A stretch of DNA of 64,000 nt from Patescibacteria group bacterium (GTDB lineage: Bacteria > Patescibacteriota > Kazan-3B-28), in NCBI GenBank assembly GCA_028717565.1, contig JAQUNP010000001.1, positions 112,997 to 176,996 of the forward strand. Reading direction: 5' to 3'. Below the pieces are notes generated by a model that saw only the letters and a list, made by a program, of their open reading frames with translations, ran no database searches and was not told the origin of the DNA. This document shows, piece after piece, positions 51,109 through 64,000 of the stretch (position 1 is the stretch's first letter; each line of letters starts with the position of its first letter). The translations under genes and the position numbers were made by a program.

Positions 51109-52617
51109 ATGCCATTAGCCAAAATCAAAAGCGCATCAGTAGTTGGATTGGATGCGACCCTAGTAGACGTGGAGGCAGACATCAGCAATGGACTGCCGAC
51201 TTTTAAAATAGTTGGGTTGCCAGACAAGGCAGTGGAAGAATCTAGAGAACGAGTGCGTTCAGCTATCAAGAATTCGGGGCTCACCATGCCTACACGTCGA
51301 CTAACTATCAATCTAGCTCCGGCCGATGTCAAAAAGATTGGCCCGGCTTACGATTTGCCAATAGCTGTTGGTTTGCTAGTAGCTTCCAAACAAATTGAAC
51401 TAGACAGTGACAAGTGTTTCTTTATTGGAGAGTTGGCTCTAGATGGGACCTTGCGTCATACCAATGGCATCATTGCCATGGTCAACATGGCAAAACGGCA
51501 TGGTTTTGAAACCGCCTACATTCCTCTGGCCAACGCTCGGGAAGGAGCCCTGATAGACAACATTGAAATAATTCCGGTCGACAGTTTGTTAAATCTAGTG
51601 TTGCACTTAAAAAGAGAAAAAATTATTCTACCGTGTCCGCATGAGACCTTGCCCCAATCTACCCATATCTATGACACTGACATGAGCCAGATCGCAGGCC
51701 AAGAACAAGCCAAGCGAGCTCTCGAAATAGCAGCCGCTGGTGGACACAACCTATTGATGACCGGTCCGCCAGGTAGTGGTAAAACCATGTTGGCCAAGGC
51801 CCTCCCCAGCATCTTGCCCAAAATGACTCTCGAGGAAATGCTAAGTGTCACCCACATCTATAGTGTGGCCAACTTGTTAAAAGATAGGCATTTGGTCTCG
51901 ACTCGACCTTTTAGAAGCCCACATCATACCGCCTCATATGTCGCATTGGTAGGCGGTGGCAACATTCCTCAACCGGGTGAAATTACCTTGGCGCACAGGG
52001 GGGTTTTGTTTTTAGACGAGTTACCAGAGTTCCCGCGCCAAGTCCTGGAAGTTTTACGCCAACCGCTAGAGGATGGGGTGGTACATATCGCCAGAAGTGC
52101 CGGCAAGCTTACTTTCCCTGCTCGCTTTATGTTGATAGCAGCGAAAAACCCCTGCCCCTGTGGTTATTTTGGCGACGAACAAAAATCTTGCTCTTGCAGT
52201 GCGGGACAGATAGAAAACTACAACAAAAAGATTTCGGGACCACTTTTGGACAGAATCGACATTCATATTGAAGTACCCAGAATCGAATACGAAAAATTGA
52301 AGAACTTCGAACCCCAGGAGTCCTCTGATGTGATTAGGCAACGAGTAGAAAATGCACGAAATATCCAAATTCAACGCTTTGCTGATAGCGCCAGTTTGAC
52401 CAACAGTGATATGAGAACTGAAGAGTTGAAAAGTTTCTGTGTCCTCGATGATGAGGGCGAAGCTTTAATGTCTCAAGCCATGGAGAGCTATCAGCTCTCA
52501 CCTAGAAGCTACACTCGCATACTTAAAATCTCCCGCACAATTGCAGATTTGAATAATTCGCCAATGATAAAACCGCATCACCTCGCCGAGGCGATTCGGT
52601 ATAAGGTAGCCGATTAA
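51109..52617 (+). CDS. comM: ComM/YifB Mg-chelatase-like AAA+ ATPase
   Basis: VGLPD.AV.ES.ERV, GPPGSGKTM, PFRSPHH, LFLDELPEF, NPCPCG, SGPLLDRID. Confidence 0.93.
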   Translation: MPLAKIKSASVVGLDATLVDVEADISNGLPTFKIVGLPDKAVEESRERVRSAIKNSGLTMPTRRLTINLAPADVKKIGPAYDLPIAVGLLVASKQIELDSDKCFFIGELALDGTLRHTNGIIAMVNMAKRHGFETAYIPLANAREGALIDNIEIIPVDSLLNLVLHLKREKIILPCPHETLPQSTHIYDTDMSQIAGQEQAKRALEIAAAGGHNLLMTGPPGSGKTMLAKALPSILPKMTLEEMLSVTHIYSVANLLKDRHLVSTRPFRSPHHTASYVALVGGGNIPQPGEITLAHRGVLFLDELPEFPRQVLEVLRQPLEDGVVHIARSAGKLTFPARFMLIAAKNPCPCGYFGDEQKSCSCSAGQIENYNKKISGPLLDRIDIHIEVPRIEYEKLKNFEPQESSDVIRQRVENARNIQIQRFADSASLTNSDMRTEELKSFCVLDDEGEALMSQAMESYQLSPRSYTRILKISRTIADLNNSPMIKPHHLAEAIRYKVAD

Positions 52618-52901
52618 ATTCCAAACAAACCGATCAGCCAACCACCAAAGCCGGTGTGTGCCACTAGCCAGTTGAGACCAATCAAGACCGCGACCATCAC
52701 TGCGATCAAAACAATCAAGCCGATAAGATCACGACGAATCTGACTATGATCGTCCACGGCCAGATTGACATTGGCAGCAGTTGGCATAGTCGCTGTGGGT
52801 TGTATAGCTGAAAGCTCACGTCGAGAAGTATCGACGCTTTGTCCATAAAGCGCCTTCAAGCGCTCAATTTCTTTTAATCTAGCTTTGTGCTTTTTGCCCA
52901 T
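52614..52901 (-). CDS. Small membrane protein
   Basis: Basic N-terminus, IRRDL followed by a TM helix. Confidence 0.7.
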   Translation of the reverse strand: MGKKHKARLKEIERLKALYGQSVDTSRRELSAIQPTATMPTAANVNLAVDDHSQIRRDLIGLIVLIAVMVAVLIGLNWLVAHTGFGGWLIGLFGI

Positions 52902-52932
52902 AGGTTGATTTTAACAAAAAACGAGCACATAA

Positions 52933-53049
52933 CTCTGGCGCTGACCTACTCTCCCAGACCGTTACGATCTAGTACCATCGGCGCTAAGGCGCTTGACTGC
53001 CGTGTTCGGGATGGGAACGGGTATTACCACCTTGCTACAAGCACCAGAG
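52933..53049 (-). rRNA. rrf: 5S rRNA
   Basis: CCCGTTCCCATCCCGAACACGGCAGTCAAG, GCCGATGGTAC, GGGAGAGTAGG; terminal stem. Confidence 0.96.
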
Positions 53050-53071
53050 CTATGGACTCGTTTTTAAGGGA

Positions 53072-53365
53072 TTATTTGGATTTATCAGTAAAGAAATCTT
53101 TGAGTTTGCGGGTATTGTCATCAACCGAAATAGCCAATAGAACGAATTCACTAACACCGAGAAAGATAATAGCATAGACAATACTCATAAATAAAATGCC
53201 GAGTGCAGACATGACCGGCGTACCAATGGTCTGGAAACCATAGGTTACCAGAATATCTGGCATAGCCATAATCACTCCACTAAGCGCAATGCCACCTAAG
53301 AAAACTAGCCAGCCAAGTAAGCGCATTGTTAAACTCAAGGTTCTCAACATCTTATATTTAGCCAT
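53072..53365 (-). CDS. Two-TM membrane protein in the 23S-5S spacer
   Basis: KY.MLR...; TM helices; E..L...I..NTR; GAGG upstream. Confidence 0.75.
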   Translation of the reverse strand: MAKYKMLRTLSLTMRLLGWLVFLGGIALSGVIMAMPDILVTYGFQTIGTPVMSALGILFMSIVYAIIFLGVSEFVLLAISVDDNTRKLKDFFTDKSK

Positions 53366-53416
53366 AAATTTCTTTATCCTCTCCGAGCCGGAGACCCCCG
53401 GTGATTAATTGTAATA

Positions 53417-53505
53417 GTACCCCGCTTAGAAATGACGTTTGCCATGTCTAACGGTAATATTATATCGCGCCTACCATTAGAGACAAACTATTTCTAACGG
53501 GGCAC
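53417..53505. repeat. CCCCGTTAGAAA...TTTCTAACGGGG-type hairpin element
   Basis: GTACCCCGCTTAGAAAT ... ATTTCTAACGGGGCAC with nested TCTAACGGTA/TACCATTAGA. Confidence 0.7.
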
Positions 53506-53582
53506 AGCCAACTTTTTAATTTCTTACTTCTCTTAAATCGTCGATTCAAGCCAGGCAAGGCACAAAGTCCTAACCTATAGAC

Positions 53583-56781
<3,199 letters not shown>

Positions 56782-57338
56782 GCCTATCTTTGTGGTTAGG
56801 ATTTGTGCCTTAACGACTTGATATCGACGATTTAAGAGAATCATCTTCTTTCTACGCTCGTCAAAGTATAGAAAAAGATGAAATTTATTTGCTTTTGTAC
56901 TACTACACTAATTTTCAACGAGCGAATTGGGATTACTATTGAAATGAGTGATGCCCCGAGGCACCGAGGGGGTACCTTTAGAACTGTCCTTAAGAACAAG
57001 GAATATCCCTCAGTTCTTCGGGACAATTGCCTCTCCGGCAATTGAAAACAGGGCGTTCGCCCTGCCGGTTAAATCCGCCAGCTGGCGGACGGAAACTTAC
57101 GGACGAACCTACGTCTTAAAAAAGTTTTGCAAATACAGAGACACCAAATCGTAAACTTCGGATACTATTTGATAGAAGATTGGTTGAATCAAATGCGTGT
57201 TTTACTAAATATTCCCCAGGTATGCAAACCTTCATTTGCAACTAGTAAAAAATGTACCATATACATCTTTTACACACAAGGGAAATTTTGCCATTATTTT
57301 TTGGATACGTCAATACTCCGAGGACAAATCGGAGGTAA

Positions 57339-57366
57339 TTGACAAAAGTAGCTCTGGGAGTATGAT
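57339..57366 (+). promoter_or_regulatory. Sigma70-type promoter
   Basis: TTGACA-16 nt-TATGAT upstream of the 57413 ORF. Confidence 0.55.
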
Positions 57367-57412
57367 AAATCCACCCTTCGGGGTGAACTTATATGTGGGT
57401 AAGGAGATGAAA

Positions 57413-57664
57413 ATGGACGTTGCTGCCGCAAATGATATGGCCAACATGGCCAATCAACAGTTTGCGCGGCTGCAAAGGATCCAGGGAATTCGAGATATCA
57501 ACGAGAAGGCCAGGCAGCTATTGGCATTTCTCAAGGAGCCGCAATACTTGGAGTATTCGGTTCGAAATGACATCTTGAGCTCTCTGGGGCGCCTCCTGGA
57601 GTCCCCTGGTGGGCTCGAGGAGGAGCTGCTGGACGAGATCCGGCGATCCTGGCAGCGAACGTAA
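57413..57664 (+). CDS. Hypothetical helical protein
   Basis: AAGGAG SD, promoter upstream and terminator downstream. Confidence 0.7.
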   Translation: MDVAAANDMANMANQQFARLQRIQGIRDINEKARQLLAFLKEPQYLEYSVRNDILSSLGRLLESPGGLEEELLDEIRRSWQRT

Positions 57665-57679
57665 ACTCCACCCCGACCA

Positions 57680-57711
57680 AGAGGGGGGCCTCGTGCCCCC
57701 TCTCTTTTTTT
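57680..57711 (+). terminator. Intrinsic terminator
   Basis: AGAGGGGGGC-CTCGT-GCCCCCTCT then T run. Confidence 0.75.
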
Positions 57712-57732
57712 ATATTGATATACTTTATATGT

Positions 57733-58017
57733 ATGGAGGAGCTGTCGGATAGTTTGGAGAAGCTAAAAGAAAAGGTGCGGAATCCGCATCTGCATTCGGA
57801 GTTGCATTTGCTGGTGGATGAGGCGCGGACTCTTTTTGGGGAGACAGCTGTAAAAGGCAAAGGTTCTTTTGCTTTTTATTTAGGGTTTTTTAAACGGCTC
57901 GGTGTGAACCGAGTTAGGCAATTGCTGTCGGAAGTGAAACAAAGTGGAGCAAAAGAGCCAGGGCGACTCTTCTGGTACCTTGTGTCCAAAGAGTCGAACA
58001 CTGATTCGGAGAATTAG
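57733..58017 (+). CDS. Hypothetical protein
   Basis: Coherent ORF: YLG..KR.G, PGRLFWY. Confidence 0.7.
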   Translation: MEELSDSLEKLKEKVRNPHLHSELHLLVDEARTLFGETAVKGKGSFAFYLGFFKRLGVNRVRQLLSEVKQSGAKEPGRLFWYLVSKESNTDSEN

Positions 58018-58298
58018 TTTTAAGTTGTGAGTCGAAGACCCGAAGGGTCGTAGATCCCGGTTTACCGGGAGTGGAAAGTTAAAAATGAAGGGGGTTCCCC
58101 TTCAACCCCTTCCAAACGCTGGCTGGCGTTTGATCCAGCCCACCTTTTTGGGTGTGCAAAAAGGTGGAGAAAAACACACCCCGGTCGCGATTAGTCAAAG
58201 GCACATGGAATTTATTTTTGTCTGACAAAGCAGCAAACTCTCCGCCAGCCGGCGGATCAAACATGCCTTAGTCAGAACTAAAGCTAAATTCTCATTGC

Positions 58299-59198
58299 CT
58301 AATGTCTAATCTCTCCAACGGGGACCACTGGATAATCCCTCTCGACTGCGGCTTGTATAATGCTCTCTGAACGCTGCACTAGCTCCTCCATCTCATCCAT
58401 TAGTTCAACAATGTCTGCCTTGTAATGATAAATTTTGAATACTGTTGGGGGAGAAAATTGTAAATCAGGGAACTTATTGGGAACCTCACCTTTGCACTGA
58501 AGACAACCAACTCCTCTGGCATAATCCTCCCAATGCGCCAAAATATCACGTATGTCCTTGTAATCAAATTTGGATTTAATACTCTTAACCGTTTCTTCAA
58601 TAACATTGTCTTTGTAACCGTTAGCAATCTCTTCACACACCGTCATTAATTCTGCGACTCCAAAAGTCAACAAGACCCAGCGACCTAACGGATGGGGCAA
58701 TTTCCGCAATGAGTCAACCAGCTCTGAGTCCAAGGGCGCTTGCTTAAAAGCATCCTTCAGTTTGTCTAAATCCTTAGCCAGTTCTCGAAGTAATTCGAGC
58801 GTAAAACGAAACTGATGCAACATACTTTGTAAATACAATGAATCTATTGGAAGTTTGTTAGAGCCCATAACATTAACCCCACATCTTTCTCTTACCTCGT
58901 CTGCAATAACTCCACGCATATCACTATTACTAACTAGTTGGAGGTTTTGCTGTATGTATTTTTTTGCTTTTTCAATGCGCTTTGTCTCCCGGGAAATATC
59001 TTCATAGCTTCCCAAGATATCTCCAATTCCAGATCTTATATTATGATAAATCTGTTTGCCATAAGATACCCCTACAAGGCCGGCAAATTTCTTAGTCGAC
59101 TCCTCTAAATCAGACAATTTGGGGATAGGATAACGCACAAAAATACGACGCCTTTTGGGCAAAAAGTTTTTCCAATTCCTTGGTAATGTTTCGGCCAT
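58299..59198 (-). CDS. Hypothetical protein
   Basis: 299-aa ORF; IRDILAHW resembles an RxxxxH motif; start uncertain. Confidence 0.65.
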   Translation of the reverse strand: MAETLPRNWKNFLPKRRRIFVRYPIPKLSDLEESTKKFAGLVGVSYGKQIYHNIRSGIGDILGSYEDISRETKRIEKAKKYIQQNLQLVSNSDMRGVIADEVRERCGVNVMGSNKLPIDSLYLQSMLHQFRFTLELLRELAKDLDKLKDAFKQAPLDSELVDSLRKLPHPLGRWVLLTFGVAELMTVCEEIANGYKDNVIEETVKSIKSKFDYKDIRDILAHWEDYARGVGCLQCKGEVPNKFPDLQFSPPTVFKIYHYKADIVELMDEMEELVQRSESIIQAAVERDYPVVPVGEIRH

Positions 59199-59638
59199 AT
59201 CTTGGTCGAGTTATAGGTTAGTTTGTAGAGTTCCTTGCCTTCGCTTGTGATGGTTTCGGTGCCTTGGAAATTTAATTCGTCGCCGGCGCCGGTGCATTTA
59301 TATTGGAAGTTGTCTTTTTGCCAGTCGACTTGCTCGCTGGTGCGGGCGGTTTTGGCGTTTTCGATTAGGGCTGGGCGGAGGACAGAGTCGATTTCTTCTT
59401 CGGTCATTGTGCCCCAGTCGCCGTGATAGACCATAGACCAAACAACTTTGCCTTGGTGATAGATTGTTTCTATACCCAAAAAGGTATGTTCGCCGGTGTA
59501 GTAGACATCTCTATATAGATATTCACCATCGCTGAATTCCAATTGGGTGGAGCCATGCAAAAGTGGCTCGACTTTACCTCCCCCACTGGCATAGGTATTG
59601 GTTCTGGCTTTGATTAAAAAATTTATTATTTCTTCCAT
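59105..59638 (-). CDS. DUF5680-like protein
   Basis: FL.KA..NTYA.GG, Y.D.Y..G...F.G.E, VWSM.Y.G, F.G.E.I. Confidence 0.8.
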   Translation of the reverse strand: MEEIINFLIKARTNTYASGGGKVEPLLHGSTQLEFSDGEYLYRDVYYTGEHTFLGIETIYHQGKVVWSMVYHGDWGTMTEEEIDSVLRPALIENAKTARTSEQVDWQKDNFQYKCTGAGDELNFQGTETITSEGKELYKLTYNSTKIWPKHYQGIGKTFCPKGVVFLCVILSPNCLI

Positions 59639-59642
59639 AAAA

Positions 59643-60197
59643 TTATTCTAAATGGCTGGCGTCGTTGTCTAATTCTATCTCGACCTTTCCATCTTTATCG
59701 ACCTGGAAGATGGTGATGCTAGTGTTGAGCAAAACAGGAGTGTCGTCGAACTCTTTCTCCTCGAGCACGGCGATAATGTTCCTGTTCATGCCAGCATGTC
59801 CAACCAATAAAACCGTGTCATTCGGGTGTTGGGCAATAACCTTCTTTATAAATTGACTAGCTCGATTTCGGATATCTACTATGCTTTCAATACTAGGATC
59901 GTCAAACCCACATCCGCTCTTTTGTTTCCCTGCGAACTTGCCCAGATCTCTTTCACGAAGTTCTTTAGTCAATTCAAACGGGACTTCAGGATGATACTTG
60001 ACGATCTCTTGTGCAGTATCAGCGGCTCGAGCTAAATCGGATGAGTAAATGTAATCTATCTCTTCATCCTTCAATCTCAGAGCAAGTTTTTTGGCTTGTT
60101 CAATCCCAAGTTCAGACAATGTGCCGGGTATTTGCCCTTGTAAAATTCCTGCCTTGTTCTCTTCTGTCTCACCGTGGCGAGTGATAATTAATTTCAT
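59643..60197 (-). CDS. Histidine phosphatase family protein
   Basis: RHGET..N, SSDL.RA..TA, L.ER..G, LVGH. Confidence 0.93.
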   Translation of the reverse strand: MKLIITRHGETEENKAGILQGQIPGTLSELGIEQAKKLALRLKDEEIDYIYSSDLARAADTAQEIVKYHPEVPFELTKELRERDLGKFAGKQKSGCGFDDPSIESIVDIRNRASQFIKKVIAQHPNDTVLLVGHAGMNRNIIAVLEEKEFDDTPVLLNTSITIFQVDKDGKVEIELDNDASHLE

Positions 60198-60670
60198 TTC
60201 TTCTTTGGTTTGAATTGGTAAACATTGTAGGTGTGTACTCCACCGAAGCTTTTGATGTTGGCCTGGGAGGGAGTGTTATCAGGTCTGATGTAGACAAGGA
60301 TTTTTGCTAATTTATACTTAGCCAGTTGTTTTAATCGAGTATCAGTCAATGCGCGACCAATGCCTTGTCTACGATATCGTGGCTCCACCCAGATTGCATC
60401 TAGGCTGGCAGTCTTCTTTTTGGTATGTTCACTTTTCTTTATTGAGACTACCGAAAAACCTACTGGCCTCCCTTCTACCTCGGCAATGAAGAAAAGGAAA
60501 TTTTTGTCTTTGATATACCCCGGTATTTGTCGTAAAAGTTCAGCCCGAGACGGTACGGGATTCAAAGGATTATAACGATGCTCGAACACATCCAGCTTCC
60601 GACGTAAATCGACTATCGTCTTGATATCTTTTGGCGTGGCTTTACGAATTGTAAAATTTATCTTTTTCAT
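60194..60670 (-). CDS. GNAT N-acetyltransferase
   Basis: IRKAT..D, V.P.YRRQGIG..L, N. Confidence 0.9.
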   Translation of the reverse strand: MKKINFTIRKATPKDIKTIVDLRRKLDVFEHRYNPLNPVPSRAELLRQIPGYIKDKNFLFFIAEVEGRPVGFSVVSIKKSEHTKKKTASLDAIWVEPRYRRQGIGRALTDTRLKQLAKYKLAKILVYIRPDNTPSQANIKSFGGVHTYNVYQFKPKKK

Positions 60671-60753
60671 CCCATTAGAAATTTTTGCTATGCCTATTAA
60701 CTGACACCTTGATTATCACATTTGTCAGCCCGTTTTCTAAATTTCTAACGGGA
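60670..60753. repeat. CCCGTTAGAAA...TTTCTAACGGG-type hairpin element
   Basis: TCCCATTAGAAATTT ... AAATTTCTAACGGGA; internal CTGACA/TGTCAG. Confidence 0.7.
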
Positions 60754-60760
60754 CAAGTGC

Positions 60761-61396
60761 CTAGATTATAGCACTCCTTAGTTCGTCTATAGTGTGGACA
60801 ATAAAATCCGGATGGGTGGATTCTAACTTAGCTTCAGTATCGTACCCCCAGGTGACGGCAACGCTTGTGATATTTGCCTTCTTGGCGGCATCAACTTCAT
60901 GGCCACTGTCGCCAACCAAAAATGTGTTGGTGGGATCTAAAGAATATTTTTCCACTAGTTCACATACCCCTTCCCTCTTGTCATGGACACCGACTGATAC
61001 TTCATCGAACACGTTATCTAGCCCGTAATTGGTTACTTCAGGAAAAATTGTCTCGGGCCAGTCGGAGCTGATGACCGCCAGAAAATAGCCCTGGTCTTTT
61101 AGCCCTTTGATGAAATCTACTATACCGGGAAAGGGTGAGGATTTAGGACAATCCGCTTCACCCATGATCTGTCTGTATAATCTCTGCTCTTCTTCAATGG
61201 TCAGCTCTGGCAAATACTTATTGAAAAAGAGCATGTACGGCTGCTCCCAGTTGTCTTTTAGTTCCTCCAAAGAGATGGCAGACACACCAAAATGCGCGAA
61301 CATTTTGTTCACCACCCAAAGTTGGGTTGTGAGCGCATCTTTGATGACACCGGACCAATCAAAAATGACCGCTTTGGCTTTTTTTGCCTCCTCCAT
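60761..61396 (-). CDS. HAD-family hydrolase
   Basis: IFDWSGVI.D, VISS, K, VGDS.H...AK.A, VTWGY. Confidence 0.92.
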   Translation of the reverse strand: MEEAKKAKAVIFDWSGVIKDALTTQLWVVNKMFAHFGVSAISLEELKDNWEQPYMLFFNKYLPELTIEEEQRLYRQIMGEADCPKSSPFPGIVDFIKGLKDQGYFLAVISSDWPETIFPEVTNYGLDNVFDEVSVGVHDKREGVCELVEKYSLDPTNTFLVGDSGHEVDAAKKANITSVAVTWGYDTEAKLESTHPDFIVHTIDELRSAII

Positions 61397-61522
61397 GTCC
61401 AAATTGTAGCATTTTTCTCCACTAGTCGGTGGAGGCTAAAAGATGAGCTATCGAATTTTGCTTGACTGGGAGCTGATTTTAGGACTATGCTGCGAACATC
61501 AACTGTACCGGAGCGTAAAGCT

Positions 61523-61846
61523 ATGGCAACAAAAATCAGTATCAAGATTCCTCGTCTCTCGTCTGTGCTGACCCTGATTGCCTGTGAGGCAAGTGCCCCC
61601 TGCCGACAAGCAGGATCTATAGCAGCCGAGTTCGACCTGTGGGACGGCAGAACAGTTCGAGGTAGCTACGACCACGTAGCGGGAGCACCCGATCTGGACG
61701 TTCCTTACCCTTGCGGGGATTGGGATGCCTGGGTCAAGCAACTTATCCCATTCGTAACCAAGCTGGTGGAGGAAAATGTTCCTTTCACTGTCTCAATGGG
61801 TACACAGGATGAAGCCAAGCGCCTGCGCTGGGAGATAGTCTCTTAG
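61523..61846 (+). CDS. Hypothetical protein
   Basis: GGAG SD before ATG 61523; hairpin downstream. Confidence 0.55.
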   Translation: MATKISIKIPRLSSVLTLIACEASAPCRQAGSIAAEFDLWDGRTVRGSYDHVAGAPDLDVPYPCGDWDAWVKQLIPFVTKLVEENVPFTVSMGTQDEAKRLRWEIVS

Positions 61847-62000
61847 TTACCTCCCAGACCCAGGCACCAAGTTAGTCAGCCGGCCCAGGTACCCCCTGCG
61901 GCCGGCATTTTAGATCGCTGCCAAAAACATTGACCGGAAGCGGGTTTTATATTACGCTCTCGGCAGGAAATTGTACCACCTCTTTAAGGAGGGGTGAGAA

Positions 62001-62285
62001 ATGAAAAAGCGTAGGGAGCAACTCCAGGTCATAACCTGGGTAGAACGGTTGGCACCGTTCACTATGGCGCTGGCCTTCTGTTTGGTCTTGTGGCCAGTGG
62101 TCGTAGTGATCGGCATCGTCGTCGCCTTTTGTTTTCTCCCCCTTGTTCCAAAAGAACACATCGTGGCAGGATGGCTGTGTTGGTTTGGTCTGACCGTCCT
62201 TGCCGAATACCTGTTGGCTACGATGGGTATCTATCTGGCCCTAGCGAAACAGGACCGAAAGATGCGGAGGGGGGAAAGAAAATAA
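62001..62285 (+). CDS. Small membrane protein
   Basis: AAGGAGG SD; two hydrophobic segments. Confidence 0.7.
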   Translation: MKKRREQLQVITWVERLAPFTMALAFCLVLWPVVVVIGIVVAFCFLPLVPKEHIVAGWLCWFGLTVLAEYLLATMGIYLALAKQDRKMRRGERK

Positions 62286-62418
62286 CATGGGCTCTTTTTC
62301 ACACTTACGAAGCTACCAGCTGGTACGCCAGCAGGTAGCTTCTTTGCTTGCCTTCGTATAAAAAAGTACGCCGGTGTGAGTCACGCCGGCGTATAACGGC
62401 TCTGTGGCACAGATGGCC

Positions 62419-62955
62419 CTAGCCACATTCGAAGCCACTGAATTCATGCTCCGCAACCGTTGCCGGAACCAGCTTGAAGCCAGTGCGAGGGACCAGGTAC
62501 CCATAGGTTTCCAGAACATCTTCGCTCTTGTGCTGGCCTTCGTTATCATCGTAAATCCGGAAGAAAACGATGCGGAACAGGGCTCGGTTGCTTTCCTCTT
62601 CCAGCGTTTCCAGCTCGGCTCGGTAGCTGTAGAGGTCAGAGGTTGATAGAGCCCTCGGGTCGGTGAGCCACCGTGAACGCTTCTGGCTCAGTTCAGCCAG
62701 TAATGGCTTCCCACGACGGCTGTCTACCTCGAGATCACAGACGCCGTAGAGGCCACTTTGCACCAGCAGGGGCAGCCCGAAGGGTGCTGCATCACCGGTA
62801 GCGGCCAAGAGCAACGTCCTGGCTGCTATGTTGGCCTGCGTCTGCCCGGGTTGACCTAGCCAACCCCCAAAAAAGCAGACGCAGCGTGGCAACGAATAAC
62901 GTGCCGACACTGCGATTTCTTTGGTGGCTGCTGCCACCAGTTGTGAGGATCCCAT
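62419..62955 (-). CDS. Hypothetical protein
   Basis: GGAG SD; longest ORF in the interval. Confidence 0.5.
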   Translation of the reverse strand: MGSSQLVAAATKEIAVSARYSLPRCVCFFGGWLGQPGQTQANIAARTLLLAATGDAAPFGLPLLVQSGLYGVCDLEVDSRRGKPLLAELSQKRSRWLTDPRALSTSDLYSYRAELETLEEESNRALFRIVFFRIYDDNEGQHKSEDVLETYGYLVPRTGFKLVPATVAEHEFSGFECG

Positions 62956-63050
62956 ATACCACGCTCCGGAAAATATGTGCTGCCTACAAAGTAGCGCATG
63001 GCGCTAGTTTTGTAAAGAAAAATCCTTTATAGAAGCAGATTTTTGGTATA

Positions 63051-63575
63051 ATGAACAGGATGAAAAAGAAGATTTATCTAGCAAGTGACTCTACCGATAT
63101 TAAAACCCTACGCGCCAAGAGCGAACGAGTCGAGAAGGTGGATGAAAAAATACGGCAACTGATTGCCGATATGTTTGAATCGATGCATGGAGGTGAAGAG
63201 AACGGCATCGGCCTATCAGCCCCACAGGTGGGTGAACTAAAAAGAATCATTATCGCGGAATACTCTAGCAAAGAGACACCTGTCCCCCGCACAGCCATCA
63301 TCAACCCAGAAATTATCTGGAGTTCAAAAAAGTTAGCTGAAGACGAGGAGGGCTGTCTGTCTTTCCCACAGATTTATGGCATGGTGAAACGGCCAGAAAG
63401 TATTCGATACAAAGGACTGGACGAAAATGGCAACCCCATCGAGAGAAAAGCTGGTGGTTTGTTGGCTCGAGTCATTCAGCACGAAATAGATCATTTGAAC
63501 GGAGTGCTGCTCCCCGACCGAGTGGAGGGAGATCTCTATACTTATGAAAAAACTGATGACGCCAACAAGTTATAA
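63051..63575 (+). CDS. def: Peptide deformylase
   Basis: GIGLSAPQVG, EGCLS, QHEIDHLNG. Confidence 0.97.
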   Translation: MNRMKKKIYLASDSTDIKTLRAKSERVEKVDEKIRQLIADMFESMHGGEENGIGLSAPQVGELKRIIIAEYSSKETPVPRTAIINPEIIWSSKKLAEDEEGCLSFPQIYGMVKRPESIRYKGLDENGNPIERKAGGLLARVIQHEIDHLNGVLLPDRVEGDLYTYEKTDDANKL

Positions 63576-64000
63576 AGTAATCTTCATGGGCACGCCCGAA
63601 TTTGCCGTCCCGTCATTGGATGGGCTGATTCATGATGAGCGGTTTGAGATAGTGGGGGTTGTCACCCAGCCAGACCGACCTCGAGGCCGTGGACAAAAAA
63701 TGCAAATGAGCCCGGTGCGAGAGATCGCCCAAAAGTATTCACTCAGAACCTTCCAACCCGAAAAAGTAAAAAATAATCCGGAGCTAATTACGGATATAAA
63801 AACTCTCTCCCCCGATATTATTGTAGTAGCAGCGTACGGAAAAATCCTACCACAGGAATTTTTGGATATTGGCAAGATTGTAAACATACATGGGTCTTTT
63901 TTGCCTAAATATCGCGGTGCCTCACCGATTGCAGCGGCTATTTTAAACGGCGAGCAACAAACTGGGATTACCTTGATGGAGATGACTTTGGGCATGGACG
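63556..64000 (+). CDS. fmt: Methionyl-tRNA formyltransferase (runs off window)
   Basis: IFMGTPEFA, VTQPDRPRGRG, NIHGSFLPKYRGASPI. Confidence 0.96.
   Translation, partial: MTPTSYKVIFMGTPEFAVPSLDGLIHDERFEIVGVVTQPDRPRGRGQKMQMSPVREIAQKYSLRTFQPEKVKNNPELITDIKTLSPDIIVVAAYGKILPQEFLDIGKIVNIHGSFLPKYRGASPIAAAILNGEQQTGITLMEMTLGMD

Noticed and set aside
57400-63000. Integron cassette array
   Set aside because: No integrase, mixed gene orientations, several genes directly coupled, and no regular attC sites in RYYYAAC...GTTRRRY order

Overview
A 64-kb bacterial chromosomal segment in standard genetic code. It is most consistent with a Patescibacteria/CPR genome; this is an inference from the rpoB-rpoC-rpsL-rpsG-fusA-tuf-rpsJ fusion cluster, the unlinked expanded 23S rRNA, DUF4012 plus glycosyltransferase clusters, and dispersed GC-rich palindromes. 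Layout: 1-13.8 kb holds the RNA polymerase/str/S10 genes. 14-21 kb holds htpX-lemA, a seven-tRNA cluster (including a rare tRNA-Leu(AAG) and three tandem tRNA-5'-half-like repeats), a peptide SBP and secG. 21-38 kb holds infC-rpmI-rplT, surface-glycan genes, udk, a very large (~546 nt) RNase P RNA, thrS, miaA and argS. 38-51 kb is a co-oriented cell-surface locus: one small and two large WxL-like proteins, a DUF916-like protein with LysM domains behind its membrane anchor, a GT-C-like membrane protein, a PBP/beta-lactamase-fold protein, CapA and two paralogous coiled-coil proteins. It is followed by comM, 5S + ORF + 23S rRNA with no adjacent 16S, an accessory block of small genes, and def-fmt. 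The best candidate for an undescribed system is the WxL-like surface fibre locus, whose largest passenger domain is a single-chain triple repeat of a phage tail-collar/HxH module. All calls come from reading the sequence only; no searches or folding programs were run.
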